A stretch of 64,000 bases of DNA from an uncultured Candidatus Binatia bacterium. Its GTDB lineage: Bacteria; Desulfobacterota; Binatia; Bin18. The stretch covers positions 1,568,001 through 1,632,000 of the forward strand of contig OZ241744.1 in NCBI GenBank assembly GCA_965200965.1, given 5' to 3'. Positions 52,594 through 61,405 of this stretch are shown piece after piece. The position numbers were made by a program, and so were the translations under genes. Within the stretch, counting starts at the first letter, position 1. Each line of letters starts with the position of its first letter. The notes under the pieces are model-generated. The model was given only the letters and a program-made list of their open reading frames with translations. It did not search any database and was not told where the DNA came from.

Positions 52594-53250
52594 ATGTCAC
52601 TTCATATTGGTGAAGAAGCTCCGAATTTTACGGCAGAAACAACGCAGGGCACGATCAACTTTCATGAATGGATTGGGGAGAGCTGGGCGATTCTGTTCTC
52701 CCACCCCAAGGATTTCACCCCGGTATGCACGACCGAGCTGGGCTATATGGCCGGTCTCAAACCCGAGTTTGACAAGCGCAACTGCAAGATCATCGGCCTG
52801 AGCACCGACCCGGTCAGCGATCATACCAACTGGGCCAAAGATATTGAGGAAACCCAGGGCCACGCGGTCAACTATCCGCTGATCGGCGACGCCGACCTCG
52901 CCGTCTCCAAGCTGTACGACATGATCCACCCCGAGGCCAGCGGCGGTGCGCCGCGCACCGCGGCCGACAACGCCACCATCCGCTCGGTCTTTGTGATTGG
53001 ACCAGATAAGAAAATCAAGCTGATGCTGACCTACCCGATGACCACCGGGCGCAACTTTGACGAGGTCCTGCGTGTGCTCGACTCCATGCAACTGACCGCC
53101 CAGCACAAGGTCGCCACCCCGGTCAACTGGCACCAAGGCGAAGAAGTGATTATCGTCCCCGCGGTGTCCGATGCCGAGGCCAAGGAACAATATCCCGAGG
53201 GCTGGAAAACCCTCAAACCCTATCTGCGGCTCGTCTCCCAGCCGAAATAG
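52594..53250 (+). CDS. 1-Cys peroxiredoxin (Prx6 family)
   Basis: HPKDFTPVCTTE, YP.TTGRNFDE, ATPVNW, KPYLR. Confidence 0.95.
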   Translation: MSLHIGEEAPNFTAETTQGTINFHEWIGESWAILFSHPKDFTPVCTTELGYMAGLKPEFDKRNCKIIGLSTDPVSDHTNWAKDIEETQGHAVNYPLIGDADLAVSKLYDMIHPEASGGAPRTAADNATIRSVFVIGPDKKIKLMLTYPMTTGRNFDEVLRVLDSMQLTAQHKVATPVNWHQGEEVIIVPAVSDAEAKEQYPEGWKTLKPYLRLVSQPK

Positions 53251-53335
53251 GCGGTCTATTCCGGCGGTGTCACCAATCCCAGATGATCGACCGCATAGCC
53301 CGGGGGCAGAGAGGCACGCACCTCACACAGACGGC

Positions 53336-53722
53336 TTAATCAAACTCGCGGTAATTCATCACACGCCAGCCGTCTTGCTCTTTGCGCAGACTGAGCAACA
53401 GTTCCTTCTGAAACTCCCCGGCTCCTGCCACAGCGATCTTGGCCTGATACTGTAAGGCTACGCGGGTGTCGCCGCGGGGCGTTTCCTTTACCAAGGTGTA
53501 GTATACCCGAGGCAGCCGGGTGTTGGCATCGATCGCCTGCCCCTCAGTCAGGCGAATCTCCTCCTCAACACGCTCGAGCGCCAAGCCGCTACAGTAGCCC
53601 TTGGCCGCCTCAAGGTCCATTTGCACATAGTGAGCGTCCAGAAAGCCTTCGGCTACGCCGCGCGGGCTGTTTGGGTCGGGCTGACAGGCGCTCAGTCCAG
53701 CGACGAGCACGAGCACGACCAT
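53336..53722 (-). CDS. Hypothetical lipoprotein
   Basis: LVAGLSAC lipobox; NTF2-like ending L.LRKEQDGWRV; follows the Cys-rich gene. Confidence 0.6.
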   Translation of the reverse strand: MVVLVLVAGLSACQPDPNSPRGVAEGFLDAHYVQMDLEAAKGYCSGLALERVEEEIRLTEGQAIDANTRLPRVYYTLVKETPRGDTRVALQYQAKIAVAGAGEFQKELLLSLRKEQDGWRVMNYREFD

Positions 53723-53756
53723 GTCAATCCACCCGTCCCTCCCTCCTGCCCCCCGA

Positions 53757-54065
53757 CTACATTTTTTTCCTGGCAAACAGGGCCTCCAAGCGCGCCCGAG
53801 CCTCAGTCGCCTGGGTCCACTCGACCGTGGGTCGCCCGGCAGGGTTCCCCGGCGAAAAATAGTCGCAGAAATTGCCCAGGTCCATATCACGGACCGGCTC
53901 GGCATTTGGTTCGCGGCAGGCGTGGGAGGCCTGCGGGTCGTAGAATAGGCAATTCAAACAGCAATGCACATCGGCCGCACAGCCCGGACAGCTGTCCCGG
54001 CGTCCGACCCGCTCAAGCACGACAATTTCGGCTCCACACCGATGACACCTCAGCACCTGTGGCAT
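53757..54065 (-). CDS. Small Cys-rich (Zn/Fe-S-binding) hypothetical protein
   Basis: CHRC, CPGC, CLNC.FYD, CRE, NFCDYF. Confidence 0.75.
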   Translation of the reverse strand: MPQVLRCHRCGAEIVVLERVGRRDSCPGCAADVHCCLNCLFYDPQASHACREPNAEPVRDMDLGNFCDYFSPGNPAGRPTVEWTQATEARARLEALFARKKM

Positions 54066-54144
54066 GGCATGTCCCCTGTTTCTCAGCACCGCCCTTTCTT
54101 CGCTCCAGACTTATTGATACCATCTGCCTACTCTTGTCCAGCCT

Positions 54145-55098
54145 ATGAACACATCCACTCTTCCAAGCTTGTTCGCCCGTTACGAGGTTTTTCTCCGGGT
54201 GGAGAAGAACCTCGCCGCCCATACCCAGCGTAATTACCTGAGTGATGTGGCCCAATTTTTTGCCTTTGTTGAAAGACCCGGGGCCCAGGCCGGGCCGCGT
54301 CCGCTCGCCGTCCAGCGGATTGACCACCACCTGATTCAGGCTTTTCTGTCAAGCCTGTACCGCGACCACGCCAAAAGCTCGATCGGCCGCAAACTCTCCG
54401 CCCTCAAGAGCTTCTTCGGTTTTCTGGTCCGTGAGGGCGAGCTGCAACGCGACCCCAGCCGCCGGCTCGCGTCTCCAAAAAAAGACCAGCCGCTACCAGG
54501 CTATCTGCCGGTCGATGATATGTTTCGCCTGCTCGACACCCCGCCGCCCGACTCAGCCCCGGGTCTGCGAGCGCGGGCCATTCTCGAAGTGCTGTACTCG
54601 TGCGGTCTGCGGGTCGGCGAACTCGTCAGCCTCGACTGGGACGATGTTGATGACAACCTGGAAGTCCTCCGGGTTCAGGGCAAGGGCGACAAAGAGCGGG
54701 TGGTGCCGATCGGTCGCCGTGCGCTTGACATCCTGACCCGCTACCGAGCCCAGATTCCGGTCCTGCTGACGCCCAAAAAACGCGGCTCGCTCCGCCAGGA
54801 GACCCCGCGTACGCCGAGCTGTCCGGCCGTCTTTCTCAACCGTCGTGGCGGACGCCTGAGCACCCGCAGCGTGGCGCGTATCGTAGCCGAGTCCGCCCAG
54901 GCCGCCGGCATTAGTCTGAAAACCAGCCCCCACTCGCTCCGCCACAGCTTTGCCACCCATCTGCTTGAGGCCGGAGCCGACCTGCGGGCCATCCAGGAAC
55001 TGCTCGGCCACTCCAGTCTGTCCACAACCCAGAAATACACCCATGTGAACCTCGACCGGCTCATGGAAGTGTATGATAAGGCACACCCGCGCGCCTAG
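54145..55098 (+). CDS. xerC: Tyrosine recombinase XerC
   Basis: GLRVGEL, GKGDKER, HSLRHSFATHLL, LLGH...TTQKYT; upstream of hslVU. Confidence 0.92.
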   Translation: MNTSTLPSLFARYEVFLRVEKNLAAHTQRNYLSDVAQFFAFVERPGAQAGPRPLAVQRIDHHLIQAFLSSLYRDHAKSSIGRKLSALKSFFGFLVREGELQRDPSRRLASPKKDQPLPGYLPVDDMFRLLDTPPPDSAPGLRARAILEVLYSCGLRVGELVSLDWDDVDDNLEVLRVQGKGDKERVVPIGRRALDILTRYRAQIPVLLTPKKRGSLRQETPRTPSCPAVFLNRRGGRLSTRSVARIVAESAQAAGISLKTSPHSLRHSFATHLLEAGADLRAIQELLGHSSLSTTQKYTHVNLDRLMEVYDKAHPRA

Positions 55099-55144
55099 CG
55101 TACTGAGGTACACAAGAGGGGTCTGAGTAATGGAGGGGCAAATC

Positions 55145-55687
55145 ATGCGCGCCACGACCATCGTATCGGTCCGTCATCAGGGCCGGGTCGTGATGGCCGG
55201 GGATGGCCAAGTCAGCATAGGCGAGGCGGTGATGAAACACACGGCGCGGAAAATCCGCCGGTTGTCACACGGCACAATCCTGGCCGGCTTTGCCGGCAGT
55301 GCGGCCGACGGCCTGACCCTGTGTGAGCTGTTTGAAAAAAAGCTCGAAGAGTACAATAACACCCTGCGGCGGGCCGCGGTCGAACTGGCCCGCGACTGGC
55401 GCTCAGACCGGATGCTGCGGCGGCTCCAAGCCCTGATGGCGGTCGCCGACCAGGACTCGTCCCTGCTGATCTCGGGCTCGGGCGAGGTGATCGAACCCGA
55501 CGACGGCATTCTGGCTATTGGCTCGGGCGGCAACTATGCCCGGGCCGCAGCCCGGGCCCTGCTGAAGCATACCACGCTGGATGCCCGAACGATTGCCGAA
55601 GAAGCCATGCGCACGGCCGCAGACATCTGCGTCTATACCAACGCCGAGATTACGCTTGAGGAGTTGTCCTATGGCGAACGCCGCTGA
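55145..55687 (+). CDS. hslV: ATP-dependent protease subunit HslV
   Basis: TTIVSV, GDGQV, GFAG, IGSGG, CVYTN. Confidence 0.96.
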   Translation: MRATTIVSVRHQGRVVMAGDGQVSIGEAVMKHTARKIRRLSHGTILAGFAGSAADGLTLCELFEKKLEEYNNTLRRAAVELARDWRSDRMLRRLQALMAVADQDSSLLISGSGEVIEPDDGILAIGSGGNYARAAARALLKHTTLDARTIAEEAMRTAADICVYTNAEITLEELSYGERR

Positions 55688-57089
55688 TTCGATCACCACC
55701 GCCGCGCCTGAGCCCCAAGAAGCGGCGCTGCCAGTCATGACCCCGCGCGAGATTGTGTCTGAACTCGACCGGTATATTATCGGCCAGGCCAAAGCCAAAC
55801 GGGCGATGGCCATTGCGCTCCGCAACCGCTGGCGGCGCCAGCAGGTACCCCCAGAGTTGCGGGATGAGATCGCCCCTAAGAATATCTTGATGATCGGCCC
55901 GACCGGAGTCGGCAAGACCGAGATCGCCCGCCGCCTAGCCCGCTTGGCCCAGGCACCATTTGTCAAGGTCGAGGCCTCAAAATTCACCGAGGTCGGCTAT
56001 GTTGGCCGCGATGTTGAATCTATGGTCCGCGACGTGACCGAGTTGGCCGTCACTCTGGTCAAACACGAAGAAAAAGAACGGGTTCAGATCAAAGCCCAGG
56101 CCCAGGCCGAAGAGCGGGTTCTTGATCTGCTGCTGCCTCCCACGCCCTCGCGGGCCGACCTGAGCCAGCGTGACGGCCAAGACACGGACGACACCACCCG
56201 GCAGCCCGGCCAAGCTACCCGCGAAAAGATGCGCCACCTGCTCCGCCAGGGAAAACTTGACGAGCGCGAGCTCGAAATTGAGGTGACTCGGCCGGCCACC
56301 CCCTTCATCGAGGTCATGGCCCCCCAGGGCATGGAAGACATGGAAAACCAGATCAAAGAAATGTTCTCCAACCTCATGCCCCATAAGACCAAAAAACGGC
56401 GGCTCAAAGTGCCCGAAGCGGCCGAACTGCTGACCCAGGAAGAGGCCGACAAGCTCGTCGATATGGATGCGGTGGTCCGGGAAGCCGTCCGCCGGGTTGA
56501 GCAGACCGGCATTATTTTTATTGACGAAATTGACAAAATCGCCGGCCGCGACCACGCCCACGGCCCGGATGTCTCCCGCCAGGGCGTGCAGCGCGACCTC
56601 CTGCCCCTGGTTGAGGGCTGCGCGGTCAACACCAAATACGGCTTGGTCCGCACCGACCATGTGTTGTTTGTCGCCTCGGGTGCCTTCCACACCGCCAAAC
56701 CGTCCGAGCTGATTCCCGAGTTCCAGGGCCGCTTTCCGATCCGGGTTGAACTGGACGCCCTCAATCAGCGCGACTTTATCCGTATCCTGACCGAGCCCAA
56801 AAACGCCCTGCTGACCCAGTATAGCGCCCTGCTGGCTACCGAGAACGTGAAACTCGCCTTTGTGGCTGACGCGGTTGAGGAGATTGCGCATATCGCCGCC
56901 CTGGTCAATGAACGGACCGAGAACATCGGTGCCCGCCGGCTGCATACCGTGGTCGAGCGCCTCGTTGAGGATCTGTCCTTCAACGCCCCGGAGCTTGACG
57001 GACAAGAGGTTACAATCAACGCCCGGGTCGTCAGAGACAAACTCGAGGAGATTGTCAAAGACGAAGACCTGTCGCGCTATATTCTATGA
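55671..57089 (+). CDS. hslU: ATP-dependent protease ATPase HslU
   Basis: [40 protein letters not shown]. Confidence 0.97.
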   Translation: MANAADSITTAAPEPQEAALPVMTPREIVSELDRYIIGQAKAKRAMAIALRNRWRRQQVPPELRDEIAPKNILMIGPTGVGKTEIARRLARLAQAPFVKVEASKFTEVGYVGRDVESMVRDVTELAVTLVKHEEKERVQIKAQAQAEERVLDLLLPPTPSRADLSQRDGQDTDDTTRQPGQATREKMRHLLRQGKLDERELEIEVTRPATPFIEVMAPQGMEDMENQIKEMFSNLMPHKTKKRRLKVPEAAELLTQEEADKLVDMDAVVREAVRRVEQTGIIFIDEIDKIAGRDHAHGPDVSRQGVQRDLLPLVEGCAVNTKYGLVRTDHVLFVASGAFHTAKPSELIPEFQGRFPIRVELDALNQRDFIRILTEPKNALLTQYSALLATENVKLAFVADAVEEIAHIAALVNERTENIGARRLHTVVERLVEDLSFNAPELDGQEVTINARVVRDKLEEIVKDEDLSRYIL

Positions 57090-57090
57090 A

Positions 57091-57444
57091 CTACTTGCGA
57101 ACCGTTGTCCCCGACTTCTCGCGCATCAACTCGGACACCTGACGGGCCTCGCTGTTGTGCCCGCCGAGCAGGGCACGGCGAAACTGCTCGGTCAGCATCC
57201 GCATCAGCGCCGCTTCCTGCGGGCCAAGCCCGTCGGCCAGCTGAGACAGGCGGTCCATAGCCGCGGCAATACGCGACACCGCGCGCGGCACATCGCCGTC
57301 GGCCCGGAGGGCAAGCGCCTGTTGCAGTGAGCGCTTGACCGCCTCAAGGCCGCCTGTGGCCTGCGGGCCAAGCACCAACCCGAGTTCCGGCAGACGGCTC
57401 AGCAGGGTCCCCAGGGCTTCCGGATAGCTGTGCTTGTCTTCCAT
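57091..57444 (-). CDS. Hypothetical helical protein (about 117 aa)
   Basis: MEDKHSYPEAL...; host-like codon use; convergent on hslU. Confidence 0.55.
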   Translation of the reverse strand: MEDKHSYPEALGTLLSRLPELGLVLGPQATGGLEAVKRSLQQALALRADGDVPRAVSRIAAAMDRLSQLADGLGPQEAALMRMLTEQFRRALLGGHNSEARQVSELMREKSGTTVRK

Positions 57445-57519
57445 ATGTGCTAGACAGTCTACTGTTTGCGTGCCCAAGTCAAGGTCGTCGGGTCCTATCC
57501 AGTTCAAGGGAGCGCCACC

Positions 57520-57951
57520 ATGCGATACATATTCCTGTGGCTCAGTAGCCTGTTTCTCCTGACCAGTTGCACGGTTCAGCAACAGCGAGACGTACTCGGA
57601 GTGATTGGCACGGTTATTCCGGGCAGTTCGACCTCGCGCCTGCCGTCGTTCTCCTCCCCCGCTTCCCCAAGCGGCCCGAGTCCAGTCGCCGCCCGTCCAC
57701 CGCGCTCGGTCGTGGCAGCCCCGCCACCACGTCAGCCGACGCCGGCGAGCGTAAAAACGGAGGCCGGGTGGGTCTTGCAAACCCTCCAGCGGGCCATGAC
57801 CGATGCGCCCACCCCGTTCCGGGACTGCCTGGCCAACAGTGCGTGCCAAAAGGCCCTGAGCGCCCATCTCCTGCAATTACAAGGCCAGGCCGACGCTACC
57901 CTGGAACTTCCGGCGCAGTACGATCAGTACGACTTGCGGCGCGCCAAGTAG
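57520..57951 (+). CDS. Hypothetical lipoprotein with a Pro/Ser-rich linker
   Basis: MRYIFLWLSSLFLLTSC lipobox, GGGAG RBS, C-terminal Cys pair. Confidence 0.6.
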   Translation: MRYIFLWLSSLFLLTSCTVQQQRDVLGVIGTVIPGSSTSRLPSFSSPASPSGPSPVAARPPRSVVAAPPPRQPTPASVKTEAGWVLQTLQRAMTDAPTPFRDCLANSACQKALSAHLLQLQGQADATLELPAQYDQYDLRRAK

Positions 57952-57985
57952 GGCATAGGACGCCCCGGCCAGCCCGGTGGTGCCT

Positions 57986-58258
57986 CTAACCGTCGCTATG
58001 TTTATGGAGATAGGCGCGCACGGCCTCCCGTTCCTGTCCCTGGAGTGGCGGGCGGCCGAGCCGCCGAAGCTCATCATCCATGCGGGTCAGCATGAAGTCC
58101 CACATCTGGGCCGTCAGCAACCCCGGATGGTAGACGCGGTGACAGCCCGAACAGCGTCGGACATAGAGATGAGCAGCGGCTGATTCGGCCTCGGGCAGCT
58201 CGGGACTACAGCCGAGTCCGGCCGATACCGCCAGCAGGCTCCACCAAGCCCGCCTCAT
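57986..58258 (-). CDS. Small monoheme cytochrome c lipoprotein
   Basis: Signal ending AGLGC, heme motif CSGCH, downstream W...M..M. Confidence 0.8.
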   Translation of the reverse strand: MRRAWWSLLAVSAGLGCSPELPEAESAAAHLYVRRCSGCHRVYHPGLLTAQMWDFMLTRMDDELRRLGRPPLQGQEREAVRAYLHKHSDG

Positions 58259-58773
58259 CTGGCCGCCTTCTCAGCACCAAAGGCTTCCCGACACACCGCA
58301 AGCTGGCCGGGGATGTCTTCAATGCCGACCTCAATGATTTGGATGCTGTGGCGCTCCGTCGCCAGCCGCTGACGCAGGCGCGCCACCAGATACTGGGCGA
58401 GCTCTTCCGAAGACGAATGCGCGAGAGGCAACAGGCAAACATCCTGGCGCGGCAGCACAAAACGGCTGCCGTCCTCACATCTCACCTCGACCCGCCCGTC
58501 ACGCTCTACAATAGCGAGGCAGTCGCTGCGGTCGGGCAGCAGGGTCCGAAAATTGAGCTGGGCGCACTCTTCTTCGGCAATTTTCCTGAGCACCAGAAAG
58601 TCCACCACATAGCCATCCGGCCCGACCGGGCCGCTGACCATGACCTGGACCTGATAGGTATGGCCATGCAGCGGCTCTCGAAACCCGGGAAAGGCAATAA
58701 AGTGGGCGGCTGTAAACCGCAACTGGTCTTTTCCAACGGCGACTGAAAAGAAACGCATGATGTCGGTCTCCAC
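58255..58773 (-). CDS. 6-pyruvoyl-tetrahydropterin synthase family protein, PTPS-III type (ExxHGH)
   Basis: FTAAHF, REPLHGHTY, VDF, SSEELA; has Glu instead of the QueD Cys. Confidence 0.85.
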   Translation of the reverse strand: METDIMRFFSVAVGKDQLRFTAAHFIAFPGFREPLHGHTYQVQVMVSGPVGPDGYVVDFLVLRKIAEEECAQLNFRTLLPDRSDCLAIVERDGRVEVRCEDGSRFVLPRQDVCLLPLAHSSSEELAQYLVARLRQRLATERHSIQIIEVGIEDIPGQLAVCREAFGAEKAAR

Positions 58774-58776
58774 AGG

Positions 58777-59658
58777 CTAGACACGAGGCCTGAGATTGCC
58801 CCTCAGAAAGTCGTGCAGGCCGCTCCGTCTGAGCAGCCGCTCAGGTTCACCAAAGGCCGAGCGGTACTGCTCGGCCGACAGGCCAAGGGTTTCCAGAAAG
58901 CGGGGCACTTCTGTTTCAATTTCCGGCCGCAAGCGCTCGGTCAGGGCCGCTATCAGCCGGGGGTCATCGCCAAGCCGGGGCAGCAAGTCGCCGATGTTGA
59001 GCCCGTGGACGCCGCCTAGCAGGCATGACACCATGTAGCTTAGTTGTTCCTTGTTTGGTTTGTGTTGCCAGGTCTGTCCGGCGGACATGACCGTGCGCAC
59101 CCCGGTTTGCTGGCGGACCGAGATAACCGTCTCAGAGCCCGTCGCCTCAAAACCGGGTGCCAGAAAGATCAGGGCTGCCCTGTCCCCATCAACCCGCACC
59201 GGATGCGGGATGTAGTGGGGCGAGGTATAACCCGTCAGCGCAAAGAGCCGACGCCGATAGCCGACCACATCGTGGCCGGCCTCGGTCTGCATCTGCCATA
59301 AAAAATCGGTCAGTCCCCGGCCCCGCTCCTGACCAAGCCGGGTCAACTTGTGGACCGCCCCGGGCTGATAGCCCTCACGCTGAATCAGCCGGTAGGCGTC
59401 GTCAAGGGAGACGCTCAGGGCCAAGGTTTCAATACCTCCAGGCCCGCCGGTCCGGGGCGACACTCGCTTGCCCTGGAGCGGGAGCCGCACCGGCTCTACA
59501 TCGGTGGCAAACCGATCGCCGTACATCGACAGTTTGGCAAAACCCCGCCGACAGTTGCCAAGCATAACAATGCCCACCCGACGAACGGCAAAGGTCCCGG
59601 AGAAGGATAGGCCCCGCCCGCTCATCAGCGAGCCGTGACCAAGAATCGTAACCTCCAT
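58777..59658 (-). CDS. Hypothetical protein with a gamma-glutamylcyclotransferase-like N-terminus
   Basis: ILGHGSLM resembles the GGCT (Y/H)GSL loop; L..REGY motif later; 3 nt from the PTPS gene. Confidence 0.6.
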   Translation of the reverse strand: MEVTILGHGSLMSGRGLSFSGTFAVRRVGIVMLGNCRRGFAKLSMYGDRFATDVEPVRLPLQGKRVSPRTGGPGGIETLALSVSLDDAYRLIQREGYQPGAVHKLTRLGQERGRGLTDFLWQMQTEAGHDVVGYRRRLFALTGYTSPHYIPHPVRVDGDRAALIFLAPGFEATGSETVISVRQQTGVRTVMSAGQTWQHKPNKEQLSYMVSCLLGGVHGLNIGDLLPRLGDDPRLIAALTERLRPEIETEVPRFLETLGLSAEQYRSAFGEPERLLRRSGLHDFLRGNLRPRV

Positions 59659-59770
59659 AAGTCTGTAACGGGTATCGATTTTTCGACGGAAAAAAATCCA
59701 GCCTGCCACATCTTCTCTCCCATAGGCAAGTCGAATGTGGTCAGGGATCAGGAAAAAAGAGAAGCCCCAG

Positions 59771-59799
59771 TTGTCATATCATATGAATCATGTTATGTT
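59771..59799 (+). promoter_or_regulatory. Sigma70-type promoter giving a leaderless transcript, overlaid by 5-bp repeats
   Basis: TTGTCA-N17-TATGTT, ATG 7 nt after the -10; tcata tcata tgaa tcatg ttatg ttgta repeats. Confidence 0.55.
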
Positions 59800-59806
59800 G
59801 TACTGT

Positions 59807-60061
59807 ATGGCTCGCAGTGAATCCGGCAGAATAGTGCTTGAAATTGATCCCGCCCGAAAAGATGAGCTCTATACGGCACTGACCGCGGATGGACTCACTT
59901 TGAAAGAATGGTTCCTCCGGCAGACTGCCGATTATCTTCAGAATCGCTCCCAACCATCCCTTTTCGGATCGTCACTTCTTGCCGAACGGTGGGACGAATA
60001 CCGCGCCAAGCCAGCCCGGAAACAGATGGAATACAGGCCCCCTACGAGGAATAAGAGATGA
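59807..60061 (+). CDS. Small ribbon-helix-helix-like protein, putative controller of the methyltransferase
   Basis: MARSESGRIVLEIDPARKDELYTAL..DGLTLKEWF: an alternating beta-strand followed by helix-G-helix; ATGA overlap with the MTase. Confidence 0.6.
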   Translation: MARSESGRIVLEIDPARKDELYTALTADGLTLKEWFLRQTADYLQNRSQPSLFGSSLLAERWDEYRAKPARKQMEYRPPTRNKR

Positions 60062-61284
60062 ATTTCATGCGGTGCGAATCTGCCCAGAAGTTACGGGGGG
60101 GGGTTCTACACCCATCCGGCAATTGCCGCCTTTTTGGTCGAGTGGGTGAAAGGGTGTCAGCCCATGCGCATTTTGGAGCCAGGTTGTGGCAACGGGGGTT
60201 TTCTCGAAGAGATTGAGAAGGCTGAGCTTCGTGGCCTGCGTCGGCTTGTCGCGTGTGAAATAGACGGCGAAGAGGCTGCAAAGGCAGCTTCTCGGACCAG
60301 CTTGTCAGCCAACATTCTGAATACAGACTTCCTGTGCTGGTATCTTGTCCACGGACGAAACGAAGAGGCGTTCGACGCTGTTGTCGGAAATCCGCCTTTC
60401 ATTCGCTACCAGTACTTACCCCAGGAACAGCAGCGCGTATCGGAGAAGATATTTCATGCGCTCCGCCTTCCTTTCACGAAGCACTGCAACACATGGGCTC
60501 CATTTATCCTAGGCTCTCTTCACCTGCTCCGCCCTGGGGGGCGCTTGGCGATGGTCGTCCCTGCTGAAATTTTCCCCATTGCTTACGCCCAGGCGATTCG
60601 TTCGTACTTGGTGGAGCAATGTTCTCGGATTCTCTTCCTAGACCCGGAAGAAATCTGGTTTTCGGATACACTGCAAGGAACGGTCTTGTTATTGGCGGAG
60701 AAAAAGATTCGGGGTGGCGAATCGTCACAGGGCGTCTCGGTAACCCCCATCCGGAATCGCGCGTGCCTCATGTTGCCAGCCGATAACTATTTTCGGAATG
60801 CCAGTTACACAAACGGAGCAAGGATTGCGGGCAAATGGATGTCGGTCTTTCTCTCGTAAGGACGAACACGCCCTCATGGAGCAATTGCAACATCAACAGT
60901 CTCACCTGCCTGAGCTCTGAACTGGAAGGGAGACATTATGGCGGGTGAGTTCTGGAGCTAGTACCCTCAGAGATTGAACGCTTGATCGTTCCCAGCGTAG
61001 ATATCTCGTCAGCAGAACTGCACGAAGCCGATAAGCGCTTCCGCACCTCGGGCGACGAGATGGCATTCTTACGCGAAAACGACAGGCGAGTTCTCAGGAG
61101 GCTCGGATTTAGCATATCTGAACAGGAATCCCTCAGACATGCGTAGCAGAAACTACGCGACCGGCGACATCGTGGGAGAAGATCGCTCAGCCACGCCGAA
61201 TCCCTGAGCGTTTCGGATCAGAACGAATCAGCTACTCACCCTAAGTCAAGGAGAAAGGGAGCCTCCGCCTGGGGCGTTTCGTAG
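60058..61284 (+). pseudogene. N6-adenine DNA methyltransferase (gamma class, Eco57I-like), multiply inactivated
   Basis: KLRGGFYT (across a +1 G9 run at 60095-60103), LEPGCGNGGF, GNPPF, LRPGGRLAMVVP; TAA at 60857; C-terminal frame ELEGRHYGG*VLELVPSEIE with TGA 60946 and TAG 61144. 3' end approximate. Confidence 0.82.
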
Positions 61285-61405
61285 AGGGATAGCATCACAC
61301 CTGTGAGGTCCTGTTTCTGGACAGTAGCCTGAAATTCCCCCATCGCTAAGATTCGATCAATTTCATGCCCAAGTTGGACCGCGGGCTGTGTAATAATGCT
61401 TGAAG

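Noticed and set aside
54145-55098. Tyrosine recombinase as a mobile-element integrase
   Set aside because: The xerC-hslV-hslU context and sequence indicate chromosomal XerC; no att sites or cargo.
55977-57005. 342-aa minus-strand ORF opposite hslU
   Set aside because: Codon-mirror artefact of a conserved gene.
60095-60103. Active phase variation at the G9 tract
   Set aside because: Additional stops and a deletion mean tract contraction alone cannot restore the gene.
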